From NCBI GenBank assembly GCA_044225365.1, contig JBGAIQ010000011.1:1-64000 (forward strand): a DNA stretch of 64,000 nucleotides, in the 5' to 3' direction. Each line of letters opens with the position of its first letter. The stretch's first letter is position 1. The notes under the pieces were generated by a model, which saw only the letters and a program-made list of their open reading frames with translations, was not told where the DNA came from and did no database searches. This document shows, one piece after another, positions 28,607 through 38,502 of the stretch. The position numbers and the translations under genes are program-made. The DNA is from Planctomycetota bacterium. Its GTDB lineage: Bacteria > Planctomycetota > B15-G4 > JADJEK01.

Positions 28607-30024
28607 CGCTCACCTCCGCCACCCGTCGCGGGCGAGCTCGTCTTCTCCGACTCGGGGCGCAGCGCGATCCGCCATTCCGCACGCCCGCGAGCCACCTTGA
28701 GGACGACGGGAAGCCCCGATTCCGCCGCCGCGGCGAGTGCCGCGCGCAGACCCGCGGAGCTCTCGAGCGGCGTGTCGTCGACCGCGAGGAGCACGTCGCC
28801 CACCTTGAGCTTCGGCGTCGTGCGGTCGAGCGCGCCGCCGGGCCGCGCTCCGGTGAGCAGCAGCGCGGCATTGCACTTCAAGAAGCGCCGTCGCGTCTCG
28901 TCGGGCGCGAGCGGTCGCACCGTCAGGCCCAGCTCCGGAAGTTCCTCGTCCTCCTCGGCCGGCATCTTCCATTCGACCGTCGCGAGCTTCAGCGTCTCTT
29001 GTTCCGTACCGCGCGCAATTCGCACTTCGACCTCCGCGCCGATCGGGAGCGAGGTGAGCACTCGCAGGGCTTCGGGAATGTCCTCGTCGAAATGGACGTC
29101 GAGCACGTCGGCTCCGAACGCGAGCAAGCGATCACCCGGTCGCAGGCCTGCTTTCGCTGCCGGCGAACCCGGTTCGACCGATGCGATGACGGCGCCCTTC
29201 TCCTTCTCCTTCGACGGCGGAAGCGCCTGGATCGAGATGCCGATCTCCGAGCGGTCGATTCGGCCGTTCTTGCTCGCGAGCAGGCGATCGACCACTTCGC
29301 GGACGACTCGCGCCGGGATCGCGAATCCGAGATTGTCGGCTTTGTCGAATCCGCGCGCGTTGATGCCCACGATGCGTCCGGAGAGATCGACGAGCGGGCC
29401 TCCGCTGTTGCCGGGATTGATGGCCGCGTCGGTCTGGATCCAGGTGTTGAAGAGGCCGGTCGGCGAGCCTCCGTGGAGCGCGAGTTCGCCGAGGAAGCGC
29501 TGCGAGCACGACACGACGCCGAACGAAAGCGAGCGAGTGAGGCCAAGGGGCGAGCCCATCGCGATCACGAAGTCGCCCTCGATCGGGAGAGCTTCGTTGA
29601 ACTCCGCGGAGACCACGTGATCGAGTCCCAGCTCCGAGATCTCGAGTTGGATCAGCGTGAGGTCGGTCGGCGCGTCGGTTCCCACGAGGCGCGCGTTGCA
29701 CTTCCTCCGATCGGAGAGCGTGCAGATCATCCGCTTCGCCGTACCCGCGACGTGGAAGTTCGTGATGACGAGTCCGTCGGGACGAATGATCGCGCCGCTC
29801 CCCGTCGCCATCGATTCGATCTTGCGTCCGTTCAGACTGTAGTCGAACACCGGTTGGATGTTGACGAGCGTCGGGAAGACCTTGACGCGAGCCTGCGCGA
29901 TCGCGTCTTGCAGCGAAACGGCAGCGCTCTGCGCGCGCGCACTCGCGCCGGGCAAGGCGGCGATCGCGGCGACGAAGAACCCGAACGGAATGTGTCGCGC
30001 CGAAGTGAAATCGTGATGGAGCAT
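28603..30024 (-). CDS. HtrA/DegP-like serine protease with PDZ domains
   Basis: GSG.II, TNFHV, D..TDL, IQTDAAINPGNSGGPL. Confidence 0.92.
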   Translation of the reverse strand: MLHHDFTSARHIPFGFFVAAIAALPGASARAQSAAVSLQDAIAQARVKVFPTLVNIQPVFDYSLNGRKIESMATGSGAIIRPDGLVITNFHVAGTAKRMICTLSDRRKCNARLVGTDAPTDLTLIQLEISELGLDHVVSAEFNEALPIEGDFVIAMGSPLGLTRSLSFGVVSCSQRFLGELALHGGSPTGLFNTWIQTDAAINPGNSGGPLVDLSGRIVGINARGFDKADNLGFAIPARVVREVVDRLLASKNGRIDRSEIGISIQALPPSKEKEKGAVIASVEPGSPAAKAGLRPGDRLLAFGADVLDVHFDEDIPEALRVLTSLPIGAEVEVRIARGTEQETLKLATVEWKMPAEEDEELPELGLTVRPLAPDETRRRFLKCNAALLLTGARPGGALDRTTPKLKVGDVLLAVDDTPLESSAGLRAALAAAAESGLPVVLKVARGRAEWRIALRPESEKTSSPATGGGGER

Positions 30025-30106
30025 TCCGCCGACCCTCGTGCCGAGAAGAGACCGAATCTCTTATCGGCAGAACGTGGCTCGCCGTGGAATGGCTTTTTGC
30101 GTCGTT

Positions 30107-30913
30107 TCAGGGCCTCGGAACGACGCGAACGGCCTCGATCCCGTCGACGCGATAACCCTTGAGCAGGCGACTCGCCGCGTCGCGGATCTCGTCGGCCTCG
30201 AGTTCGCGCGAGCAGAAGAGGACGAGCCAGGTCTCGCCCTTGCCGCAAGGAACCGACGTATCGAGCGGAAGGAGCACTTCCTCCCCCGATGCGACCGACG
30301 TCATGATCGCGGGTCCCTTCACGGGGAGGATCTCGATCGAATCGTCACCCGAGCCGGAAGGATCGCGGTTCGGCCGAACCAGGGACACGAAGCCCGTGGT
30401 ACACACGTCGATGCTGACGCGACGCCGCACCGCAAGCGGATCGGTGGGATCGATGGGAGGACCGCGCGTCTCGAAACCGCCGGCGTCGGTCGGGTGGATT
30501 CCGGAAATCGGGAACGGGCGACGCGCGGGAGCATCGAGCGCGAGCCACGACGTCGCCGCGAGCAGGAATGCGGCCGCAAGGGACGCGACCGCAGACGCGA
30601 TCCATCGCTTTCCGACGCGCGGGATCGAGGTCACCGATGATGTTGGAGCCGAAGATGTCCTGCTCGGGAACAGTGCTCGTAGATTCGCATCGATGCAGTT
30701 GGGGCAGGTCACGAGGTGGCGCGCGAGGGCATGGCGCCGCGTCGCGTCGAGGATCTGCCCGCGCTCGAGATCGATGAGTTCACGCGGGTCCGGGCACGGG
30801 TGGATCGCGGCGAGGGATTTCTCCTCCGCCCACAGATCGGTGCCGGCTAGCGCCTCGATCCACTGCTCCACGGGATCCTCCGAACTCTCGTTCGGCTCCA
30901 GTTCAATGCTCAT
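30107..30913 (-). CDS. Putative membrane anti-sigma factor (zf-HC2/ZAS)
   Basis: HPCP...HLVTCPNC, single TM helix, extracytoplasmic domain; ATGA overlap with the sigma gene. Confidence 0.75.
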   Translation of the reverse strand: MSIELEPNESSEDPVEQWIEALAGTDLWAEEKSLAAIHPCPDPRELIDLERGQILDATRRHALARHLVTCPNCIDANLRALFPSRTSSAPTSSVTSIPRVGKRWIASAVASLAAAFLLAATSWLALDAPARRPFPISGIHPTDAGGFETRGPPIDPTDPLAVRRRVSIDVCTTGFVSLVRPNRDPSGSGDDSIEILPVKGPAIMTSVASGEEVLLPLDTSVPCGKGETWLVLFCSRELEADEIRDAASRLLKGYRVDGIEAVRVVPRP

Positions 30914-31689
30914 CGGTCGTCGTCGTCACCTTCCTCGTAACGGCCGGACCCCGACGATGGGGCCAACGGGCCTTGCGCGAATTGAGAGAGTCTCTTGCGC
31001 AGGAACGTCAATCCGAGGGCGAAGTCGCGCTTCATCGTGCGCACCGATGGGCCGAGCCCCGAGAGTTGCTCGTAGGTTTTCCCCTCGATCAATCTCGCTC
31101 GCACGACCAGAGCGGCCCGCGGGTTCTCGGTCGCGAGGGCCACGAGCGCGTCGAGGACGGCGTTCGCGAATTCGGGCTCCATCGCCATCGTCGCGTCGGC
31201 GCTCGGGCCGATCGCGGATTCATGCGGCAGCTCGGTTGGAGTTCGCCTCAACTCGAATCCTCGACACGCAGGATCCAGCGCGCGCGGATCCTGCGTCGCC
31301 GCGACTTCACGATGCGTCCACTCATGATCCGGTCGCAGGCAACGCCCGGAGAACGCAGCGAACTGCTTGCAGTTCCCGCATCGCACGCGGCCGAGTTCCC
31401 GGCGTTCAGCGGTGATCGCGCAACGAACCGCCGTGCTCTTCAAATAACCGAGGAACGGCGCGATACCCTCCGCGAAGCCGCCGCTTCGGACCTTGGGGTC
31501 CTTGAGCAGGCGCGCGACCACCTCCTGGGTCAGATCCTCCGGTTCCAGGAGCGAGCGTGGCCGCTGCGCGAGGAAGCGCACGGCAAAACGCCGGAGCCAG
31601 TCCTTCAGGTAACACGGCTCCTGCCGCAGGAAATCATCGAGAGGAACCCGACTCGCCTGGTCGACGACGGCGCATCCGCTGCCCTGCAT
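30910..31689 (-). CDS. ECF sigma factor with a Cys-rich insertion
   Basis: EDLTQEV region 2, EGKTYEQL...SVRTMKRD region 4; exact start uncertain. Confidence 0.75.
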   Translation of the reverse strand: MQGSGCAVVDQASRVPLDDFLRQEPCYLKDWLRRFAVRFLAQRPRSLLEPEDLTQEVVARLLKDPKVRSGGFAEGIAPFLGYLKSTAVRCAITAERRELGRVRCGNCKQFAAFSGRCLRPDHEWTHREVAATQDPRALDPACRGFELRRTPTELPHESAIGPSADATMAMEPEFANAVLDALVALATENPRAALVVRARLIEGKTYEQLSGLGPSVRTMKRDFALGLTFLRKRLSQFAQGPLAPSSGSGRYEEGDDDDR

Positions 31690-31810
31690 GCGATGCTGCG
31701 CGCACGAGAAGCACGGCTCGTGGTCGACGAGAGTCGCGGGTCGTTCCGTCACAGCGATATTGTGCCTTGGATTCGTCGTCGCCGAAAGGCGCACTTCGCT
31801 GTTGCGATTT

Positions 31811-31896
31811 CCGGAGCCGCGCTGGAGCGCGGCGGTCCCCCGGAGCCGCGCTGGAGCGCGGCGGTCCCCCGGAGCCGCGCTGGAGCGCGGCGGTCC
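31811..31896. repeat. Three tandem REP-like units (type C), 29-bp period
   Basis: CCGGAGCCGCGCTGGAGCGCGGCGGTCC(C) x3. Confidence 0.85.
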
Positions 31897-31949
31897 GGTA
31901 GGGGCGCACGGCTGTGCGCCCGGCGTTGCGGCTCGAACAGAACCACGCG

Positions 31950-34508
31950 TCAGTTCTTGTGCTCGAGCTTCTCGAGGCGGGCCTTCAGCTCCTCGATCTC
32001 CTTCTTCAGCTTCGAGCTGCCGTCGTCCTTGCCCGCCTTCTCGCGGATCGCCTTCGCAGCGTTCTCCGCGCCGCGCTTCTGGAACTCGCTGCTCGACGAC
32101 GCCACGAGCGCGTCGAGCTTCTCCAGCGCCTCGGTCGCGCCAAGCCCGGAGAACGCGTCGATCGCCGCGCGCTTCATCCGTCCGGACTTCTGATCGAACG
32201 CGGCCATGGCGATGTCGATCGCCTTCTTGCGATCCTCTCCTTCGAGCTTCAACCGTCCGAGCGCGCGAATCGCGTCCTGGCGCAGTTCCACGGGCATTCC
32301 GTTCGCGGCGAGCTCGAGCGTTCTCGCCGCCGCCTTCGATGGATCGAGTTGGATCATGGCGTCGAGGCCGGCACTCGCGAGCGTTCCGCCAGCCGATGGA
32401 GTGCCGAGCAATTGCTCCGCGAGCGGGAACGCGCTCTTGTCCTTCAACTTCGCGAGCGAGCGCAGCGCGTTGCCACGCGGGTTGTAGGCAGGATCGCTCG
32501 CAACGACCTTGCGCAGGCGTTCGTTCGTGGCGGCGTCGGCGGGGAATTCACCGAGCCGTGACGCCGCCTCGCGCCGCACGCGCGCATCCGCGTCGTCGAG
32601 CGCCGCGAGGAGGGCTGCGCGTGCATTGTCGCTCTTCTTCTTCGCCAGCCCGGCGATCGCTTCGTTCTTGATGCTGCGATGATCCTTCGAGGCGAGCACC
32701 TTCACGAGGCACGCTTCCGCCTTGGGATCCTTGCTGTCTTGCAGTGCGATGACGGCCTCGATGCGGCCCACGGCGTCGTCGTCATTCAGGGCGATATCGA
32801 CGAGTTCGTCGACGCTCTTGTCGAACTTCAGCTCCTTGCAGATCCATCCGCCCTTGTCGAAGCGCACGCGGCTCGGCCGCTTCGAGAGCGCGAAGTCGAA
32901 GCGCTGCTCGCGCTCCGAGATGAAGATGCGATGGATCTCGCTGTGACCGTCGACGACGAATTCGACGTCGACCGGGGTGCGGAACACGGGAACGAGCGGT
33001 CCCGTCTTTTGCGTCTGCTTCACACTGAGCGCGCCCGACTTGTGCTCGGCGTCGTAGTCGAACGTGACTTCGAACTTCGGCCACCCGCACAGGTACACCC
33101 ACTGTTCGAAGAACCACTCCAGGTTCTTGCCCGTCGCGTCGGCGATCGCGATCTGCAGATCGTGGGAATCGACGAGGCCGTCGCGATGCGTCTTCAGGTA
33201 GTGCGAGATCGAACGGCGATAGCCGTCGTCGCCGAGAACGAAACGCAGCATGTGCAGGACCGACGCGCCCTTCACATAGACGAAGTGATTCCACTGATCG
33301 TCCGAGCGCGAGAAGAAGTCGGCGACCATCGGTCGCGGCTTGTCGCCTTCGCTGCGTTGATAGTTCGATTGATTACCGCGCATCTCGAGCCGGAACTCGT
33401 CCTGGCCGAGCTTGTACTCCATGTACAGCGCCTCGTAGTACTGCGCGAAGCCTTCGTTCAACCAAAGGTCCTTCCACGTGCGACACGTCTGCAGATCGCC
33501 GAACCACTGATGCGCGGCCTCGTGCGCGACGAGGCTGCGGCTTTCGGTCTCGAGGTGCTGGGTGGCGTCATGCAATGTGCGATCGGTCTGCAGCGTGCAG
33601 CTCACGTTCTCCATGCCGCCCACCACGAAGTCCTCGACAGCGACCTGCGAGTACTTCGGCCACGGATACTCGACACCCGTCTCCTTCTCGAAGAACGCGA
33701 GGATCTCCGGCGTCTCCCCGAACGAGCGACGGCATGTCTCTTCGCCCACGCCTTTGTTCACGTAGTAGTCGACGAGGATGCCGTGGAGCGAATCCGTGTA
33801 GTGCTCCCAAGGTCCCACCGCGAAGGCCATCAGATACGTGACGTTCGGCTGCTCCATCTTCCAGTGGAACCGCTTCTTGCCGTTCACATCCTTCGTGTCG
33901 AGGAGCACGCCGTTGCTCACCGCCGTCAGCGAGGGATCGACGGTCAGCGAGATCTCCCAGCTCGTGCGATCGTTCGGGTGGTCCCAGATCGGTACCCAGT
34001 AGTGGTTGTCCTCGTCCTCACCCTGCGTCCACGCCTGGTTCGTCTTCTTCTCGTCGGACGGATCCGCGTGGACGAAGAACAAGCCCTTCGGCGGGTGGTC
34101 GCCTTCGTACTCGATCGTGACTTCGAAGCTCTCGCCGACCCTGTAGATCTTGGGGAGCGAGATGCGGAGCTTGCCTTGTTTGTGGTCGTAGCGGACGGGC
34201 TGGCCGTGGATCTCCACCTTCGTGATACGCATGCCATCGGCGTCGAGTTCGATCTCCTCCACGCCCTCGCGGAGCGGCGACATCTTCTCGGCGACGATTC
34301 CCTTGAACGTCTCCTTCTCGATATCGAGATCGAGGTCGACCGCGACATGCTGCAGATCGCACGCGCGCTCCCACTCGGCGGTCTTGCCGAAGTCGGGAGA
34401 CGGCTCGTTGACGATTCCGACCTGAGCGAACGCAACGGATCCTGCGAGCAGTGCGATGCCCGCCGACCAACTCGCTACGACGCCCGGCTTGCTGCGATGA
34501 CGCGACAT
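31950..34508 (-). CDS. pepN: Secreted M1 aminopeptidase with HEAT repeats and a coiled-coil tail
   Basis: GGMEN, HEAAHQWFG...WLNEGFA, YVKG; GGAGG RBS. Confidence 0.9.
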   Translation of the reverse strand: MSRHRSKPGVVASWSAGIALLAGSVAFAQVGIVNEPSPDFGKTAEWERACDLQHVAVDLDLDIEKETFKGIVAEKMSPLREGVEEIELDADGMRITKVEIHGQPVRYDHKQGKLRISLPKIYRVGESFEVTIEYEGDHPPKGLFFVHADPSDEKKTNQAWTQGEDEDNHYWVPIWDHPNDRTSWEISLTVDPSLTAVSNGVLLDTKDVNGKKRFHWKMEQPNVTYLMAFAVGPWEHYTDSLHGILVDYYVNKGVGEETCRRSFGETPEILAFFEKETGVEYPWPKYSQVAVEDFVVGGMENVSCTLQTDRTLHDATQHLETESRSLVAHEAAHQWFGDLQTCRTWKDLWLNEGFAQYYEALYMEYKLGQDEFRLEMRGNQSNYQRSEGDKPRPMVADFFSRSDDQWNHFVYVKGASVLHMLRFVLGDDGYRRSISHYLKTHRDGLVDSHDLQIAIADATGKNLEWFFEQWVYLCGWPKFEVTFDYDAEHKSGALSVKQTQKTGPLVPVFRTPVDVEFVVDGHSEIHRIFISEREQRFDFALSKRPSRVRFDKGGWICKELKFDKSVDELVDIALNDDDAVGRIEAVIALQDSKDPKAEACLVKVLASKDHRSIKNEAIAGLAKKKSDNARAALLAALDDADARVRREAASRLGEFPADAATNERLRKVVASDPAYNPRGNALRSLAKLKDKSAFPLAEQLLGTPSAGGTLASAGLDAMIQLDPSKAAARTLELAANGMPVELRQDAIRALGRLKLEGEDRKKAIDIAMAAFDQKSGRMKRAAIDAFSGLGATEALEKLDALVASSSSEFQKRGAENAAKAIREKAGKDDGSSKLKKEIEELKARLEKLEHKN

Positions 34509-34575
34509 TGCGATCCTCCGTCACGAAAGGGTGGGGAGGCGCAGTGTAGGGATTGCGCGAATTCGCGCGAGGGGC

Positions 34576-35661
34576 TCAGTGCGTCTTGGCTGCCGCGGCG
34601 GTCTGCTTCTTCGCCTTGCCCTCGGCGATGCGACGTTCGGCGACCTTGTCCGCGGCTTCGGCGGTGGTGATGCCTTCACGCTTCGCGGTCGCGAAGACTT
34701 CCTTCAACTGCTTGTAGATGTTGTCGACCTTCTTGAGCGACCACGACTCGTCGTAGCCACCCTTCAGGAATTCGGCGGCGACGTTGATGATCCCGCCCGC
34801 GTTGATGACGTAGTCCGGCGCGTAGAGGATGCCGCGCGCTTCGAGAGCCTTCGCGTGACGCGGCTCCTCGAGCTGGTTGTTCGCGCAGCCCGCGACGATC
34901 TTGCCCTTGAGGCGCGGAATGGTCTTGTCGGTGAGGATCGCGCCGAGCGCACAAGGCACGAAGACCTCGGCCGGCGCGTCGAAGATCTCGTCGACGCCGA
35001 CGATGGTCGCGTTGACGTGCTTCTTCGCCCACGCGAGGTTGTCCGGGTTGACATCGCTCGCGATGATCTTGCCGCCGAGCTTCACGAGTTCCTCGCAAAG
35101 CGGCTGCGCGACGGCGCCGACACCTTGAATGGCGAACGTCTTGCCCTTCATGTCGGCCGATCCGTAGACCTCTTCGAGGCACGCCTTGATGCCGACGAAC
35201 GTGCCGCGCGCCGTGTACGGCGACGGATTGCCCGAGCCGCCGACCGCTCGCTCGCGACCGCTCGTGTACTTCGTCGTCTTCGAGACGAGATCGATGTCCT
35301 TGGTGCCGATGCCGACGTCTTCGGCAGTGATGTACTGACCCTTCAGGCTGTCGATCAGCTCACCCATCGCGGCGAACAACTCGGGCGTCTTCTGAGTCTT
35401 CGCGTCGCCGATAATCACCGACTTGCCGCCGCCGAGCCCAGTCTCCGCCACGGCGGACTTGTAGGTCATGCCGCGCGAGAGGCGCAGGACGTCGTAGAGC
35501 GCCGCGTCCTCGTTCGCGTACGGCCACATGCGCAGACCGCCGAGCGCGGGACCCAGCGTCGTGTCGTGCACCGCGACGATGCCGTGAAGGCCGCGCGCTT
35601 TGTCGATGCCGCGAACGACTCGCTCATAACCCTTGACCGGGATCTGCGTGATCTCGAGCAT
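34576..35661 (-). CDS. ldh: Leu/Phe/Val dehydrogenase
   Basis: HDTTLGPALGG.R, MTYK, GGGKSVI, TAEDVG, QG.G.V, YAPDYVINAGG. Confidence 0.92.
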   Translation of the reverse strand: MLEITQIPVKGYERVVRGIDKARGLHGIVAVHDTTLGPALGGLRMWPYANEDAALYDVLRLSRGMTYKSAVAETGLGGGKSVIIGDAKTQKTPELFAAMGELIDSLKGQYITAEDVGIGTKDIDLVSKTTKYTSGRERAVGGSGNPSPYTARGTFVGIKACLEEVYGSADMKGKTFAIQGVGAVAQPLCEELVKLGGKIIASDVNPDNLAWAKKHVNATIVGVDEIFDAPAEVFVPCALGAILTDKTIPRLKGKIVAGCANNQLEEPRHAKALEARGILYAPDYVINAGGIINVAAEFLKGGYDESWSLKKVDNIYKQLKEVFATAKREGITTAEAADKVAERRIAEGKAKKQTAAAAKTH

Positions 35662-35899
35662 CGATTCACTCCATGGATGATTCGGGGAAGACCGGCTGCG
35701 GACTTGGTTCTGGCTGCGATTCCGAAGCGCTCGAAATCGTCCGAGCCCGGCTCCGCACGACCCCAATCTTGGGTCGAATACAAAGGCCGTGCATCTTACC
35801 CCGACGACGCCGCCCGCGTGAAGTGGCTGCCTCCGCGAAACGCGTCTTCGCGGCCGAACTTCACCGTCATGATGACAAGTTCGGGAAGCCGCCTCCATT

Positions 35900-36079
35900 G
35901 GACCGCCACGCTCCAGCGTGGCATTCCTTCCGACTCCCCCGGCCGCTCCGATCGGACCGCCACGCTCCAGCGTGGCATCCATTCCGACCATGCCGGGCGG
36001 AGCCCGGCGGTCCGGCAGATCCATGCCCGGCGGAGCCCGGCGGTCCAGCAGATCCATGCCGGGCGGAGCCCGGCGGTCC
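35900..36079. repeat. REP-like cluster: two type B plus three type A copies
   Basis: GGACCGCCACGCTCCAGCGTGGCA at 35900 and 35954; TGCC(G/C)GGCGGAGCCCGGCGGTCC at 35991, 36024 and 36057. Confidence 0.85.
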
Positions 36080-36126
36080 GAATCGTGTGGCCTCCGCACC
36101 TTGCGAGCTGTCCAATGGTTGAAACC

Positions 36127-37044
36127 ATGACACTTCTTCCGCTCGCCTTGGAGGCAAAGGGCGTCTCCAAATCCTACGGGCGCCAGCGCGCGCTCGACGC
36201 GCTCGACTTCCGCATCGAGCGAAACGCGATCGTCGGCCTCGTGGGACCGAACGGCGCTGGCAAGTCGACGTTCTTCAAGATCGTCCTCGGCCTCGCCCGC
36301 GCCGACTCCGGAAGCGTCGAAGTGCTCGGACTCGATCACGCGAAGTCGTCGCTCGAGATTCGCAAGCGCATCGGATTCTTGCCGGGAGATCTCGGTTTCT
36401 ACCCATCGTGGACCGGTCGAAGCTGGCTCGAGTTCTGCATCGCCTGCCATGATGCCGCCGATCTTCGTCGCGGGGTCGCGCTCGCGAACGCGCTCGAAGT
36501 CCCGCTCGATCGCAAGATCAAGACCTACTCGTCCGGAATGCGCCAGAAGCTCGGCATCCTGCAGGCCATCGCATCGAACGCAGAATTGCTGATCCTCGAT
36601 GAACCTTCCCGCGGCCTCGACCCGACGAGTCAGGAGCAGTTCCTGGATCTCCTGAGGGAGGAGAAGGCGCGCGGCAAGACGATCCTCCTGTCCTCCCACG
36701 CGCTCGGCGAAGTCGATCGCGTCGCCGATCGCATCGAGTTCATCGGCGGCGGGCGACTGCTCGATCGCGAAGCCGTCGAGCGCGTTCGCGAGGAGCAGCG
36801 ACGCAGACTGAAAGTGAGCCGCGGCGCAGTCGAGATCGCGGCGATCGAGGCGATCGCCGGCGTGGCGAGCATCGAGGTCGACGGCCTCGAACTGTCGATC
36901 GAGATTCAGATGGGCGGCGACGTCGCCGAAGTCGCGGCGACGCTGCTTCGCCTCGGTGTCCTGTCGCTCGAATACAACCGACCGAGCCTCGACGAGATCT
37001 ATCGAAGGCTCTACCTCGGCGGGAAGAACGCGGTGCCGCGATGA
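36127..37044 (+). CDS. ABC transporter ATP-binding protein
   Basis: GPNGAGKST, YSSGM.QK, LILDEP, SSH. Confidence 0.93.
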   Translation: MTLLPLALEAKGVSKSYGRQRALDALDFRIERNAIVGLVGPNGAGKSTFFKIVLGLARADSGSVEVLGLDHAKSSLEIRKRIGFLPGDLGFYPSWTGRSWLEFCIACHDAADLRRGVALANALEVPLDRKIKTYSSGMRQKLGILQAIASNAELLILDEPSRGLDPTSQEQFLDLLREEKARGKTILLSSHALGEVDRVADRIEFIGGGRLLDREAVERVREEQRRRLKVSRGAVEIAAIEAIAGVASIEVDGLELSIEIQMGGDVAEVAATLLRLGVLSLEYNRPSLDEIYRRLYLGGKNAVPR

Positions 37045-37820
37045 GGCTCGTTCGCCGCATCCTCCGCGACGATTCGTGGAAGCTCATCGCGTACAGCGTG
37101 ATCCTCCTTGGAAACGTGTTCCTCACCGTTCTGACGTTTCCCACGTTCGAGTCGAACTACCTGGCGCTGCTCAATCTCGTGCCGGGGTTCATGAAGAGCC
37201 TGAAGGGCGCGCTCCTCGATGCCGGCTCGGGCGGGCTTCCGGACTTCGCCGCGATCAACCACCTGTTCAAGGGCACGAACGTGATCGGCGCCGCGGTAGC
37301 GATCCTGCTCGCCACGGGCGCGATCGTGCGCGAGGTCGAGATCGGCTCGATCGGGATGCTCCTGTCGCGGCCATGGTCGCGACGGAGGATCCTCCTCTCG
37401 TTCGCCATCACGCAGATCCTCGAACTCGCCGTGCCGATGCTGCTCGCCACGGTGGCGCTGCCCCTCGTCGCGTCCCTGTGCATTCAACGCGACGTTCCGC
37501 TGACTCCGTTGCTACGCGGCGCCGTTCATTCGTGCGCGTTCCTCGCGCTCATCTACTCGGTCACGCTCTTCGTATCGATCCTGATCACCGAACAGCTCAA
37601 GGTTGCGGGGATCGCGGGCGGCGCGCTCGTCGTGTCGTTCGTCCTGTACTTCATCGATGCCACGCGACCCTACACGCTCTACCGCTTCTCGACGATCGAG
37701 ACCTACGCGGCGCTCGCCAAGGGTGGCGCGCTCGATGTCGTCCGCACGGGCGGGCTGTACGCGGCGGCGGCGGTCTTCGTCGGCCTCGCACTGCGCGCGT
37801 TCTCGCGGCGGGATTATTGA
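37041..37820 (+). CDS. ABC-2-type permease
   Basis: About six TM helices, E.E.G....LLSRP.SR, F.RRD; ATGA overlap. Confidence 0.88.
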   Translation: MRLVRRILRDDSWKLIAYSVILLGNVFLTVLTFPTFESNYLALLNLVPGFMKSLKGALLDAGSGGLPDFAAINHLFKGTNVIGAAVAILLATGAIVREVEIGSIGMLLSRPWSRRRILLSFAITQILELAVPMLLATVALPLVASLCIQRDVPLTPLLRGAVHSCAFLALIYSVTLFVSILITEQLKVAGIAGGALVVSFVLYFIDATRPYTLYRFSTIETYAALAKGGALDVVRTGGLYAAAAVFVGLALRAFSRRDY

Positions 37821-37847
37821 ACGTGAAATGTAGGGGTCGAAGGCGGG

Positions 37848-37870
37848 GCCGCGCTGGAGCGCGGCGGTCC
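37848..37870. repeat. Single REP-like unit (type C) between convergent genes
   Basis: GCCGCGCTGGAGCGCGGCGGTCC. Confidence 0.75.
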
Positions 37871-37880
37871 GAAGGAGGAC

Positions 37881-38495
37881 TCAGCGCACGAAGTGCGGCT
37901 GCTTCCGCGTGACATGCACGTCCATGAACGCGAGGACTCGCGCGCAGTGCTCGCGCAGCCGGATCCCCGTGCGCAGGAAGGACGACGTGTCCGCTTCGCA
38001 CGCGACCGCATCCAATCCGAACGCCTCGGCGAGGTACAATGCACGCGCGACGTGGAAGTCGTCGCTCACCACGATCAGGGAGGAGAAACCGAACGCGCTC
38101 TTGGCACGCGCGACGGAATCGAGCGTGCGGAATCCGGCGTAGTCGAGCACGATCGCGCTCTCCGGGATCCCGCGCGCGATCAGTGCTTTCTTCATCGCCG
38201 TCGGCTCGTCGTAATCGGCGCGACGATTGTCGCCCGACACCAGGAGTCGCTTCGCCTTTCCCATGCGATAGAGCTCCGCGGCGAGGTTCATCCTTCCTTC
38301 GAAGTGGAGATTGCGGCGGCCATCGGCGACCCATGGGCTGGTGCCGAGCACGAGCGCCACATCGTGCGGTGGGACCGCGTCGGGCGTGAACACGCGATGC
38401 GAGCGCGCATTCGAGACCACACCGTCCATCGCCGCGAGTGCGATCGCAAGGACGAGGCAGAGGGCGAAGACGGTGCGGATGAGTCGGCGCACCAT
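37881..38495 (-). CDS. sanA: SanA/YdcF/ElyC (DUF218) family protein
   Basis: LVLGT, LLVSGDN...YDEP.AM, DYAGFRTLDSV.RA, FH..RALY. Confidence 0.88.
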   Translation of the reverse strand: MVRRLIRTVFALCLVLAIALAAMDGVVSNARSHRVFTPDAVPPHDVALVLGTSPWVADGRRNLHFEGRMNLAAELYRMGKAKRLLVSGDNRRADYDEPTAMKKALIARGIPESAIVLDYAGFRTLDSVARAKSAFGFSSLIVVSDDFHVARALYLAEAFGLDAVACEADTSSFLRTGIRLREHCARVLAFMDVHVTRKQPHFVR

Positions 38496-38502
38496 CAGCG
38501 CG

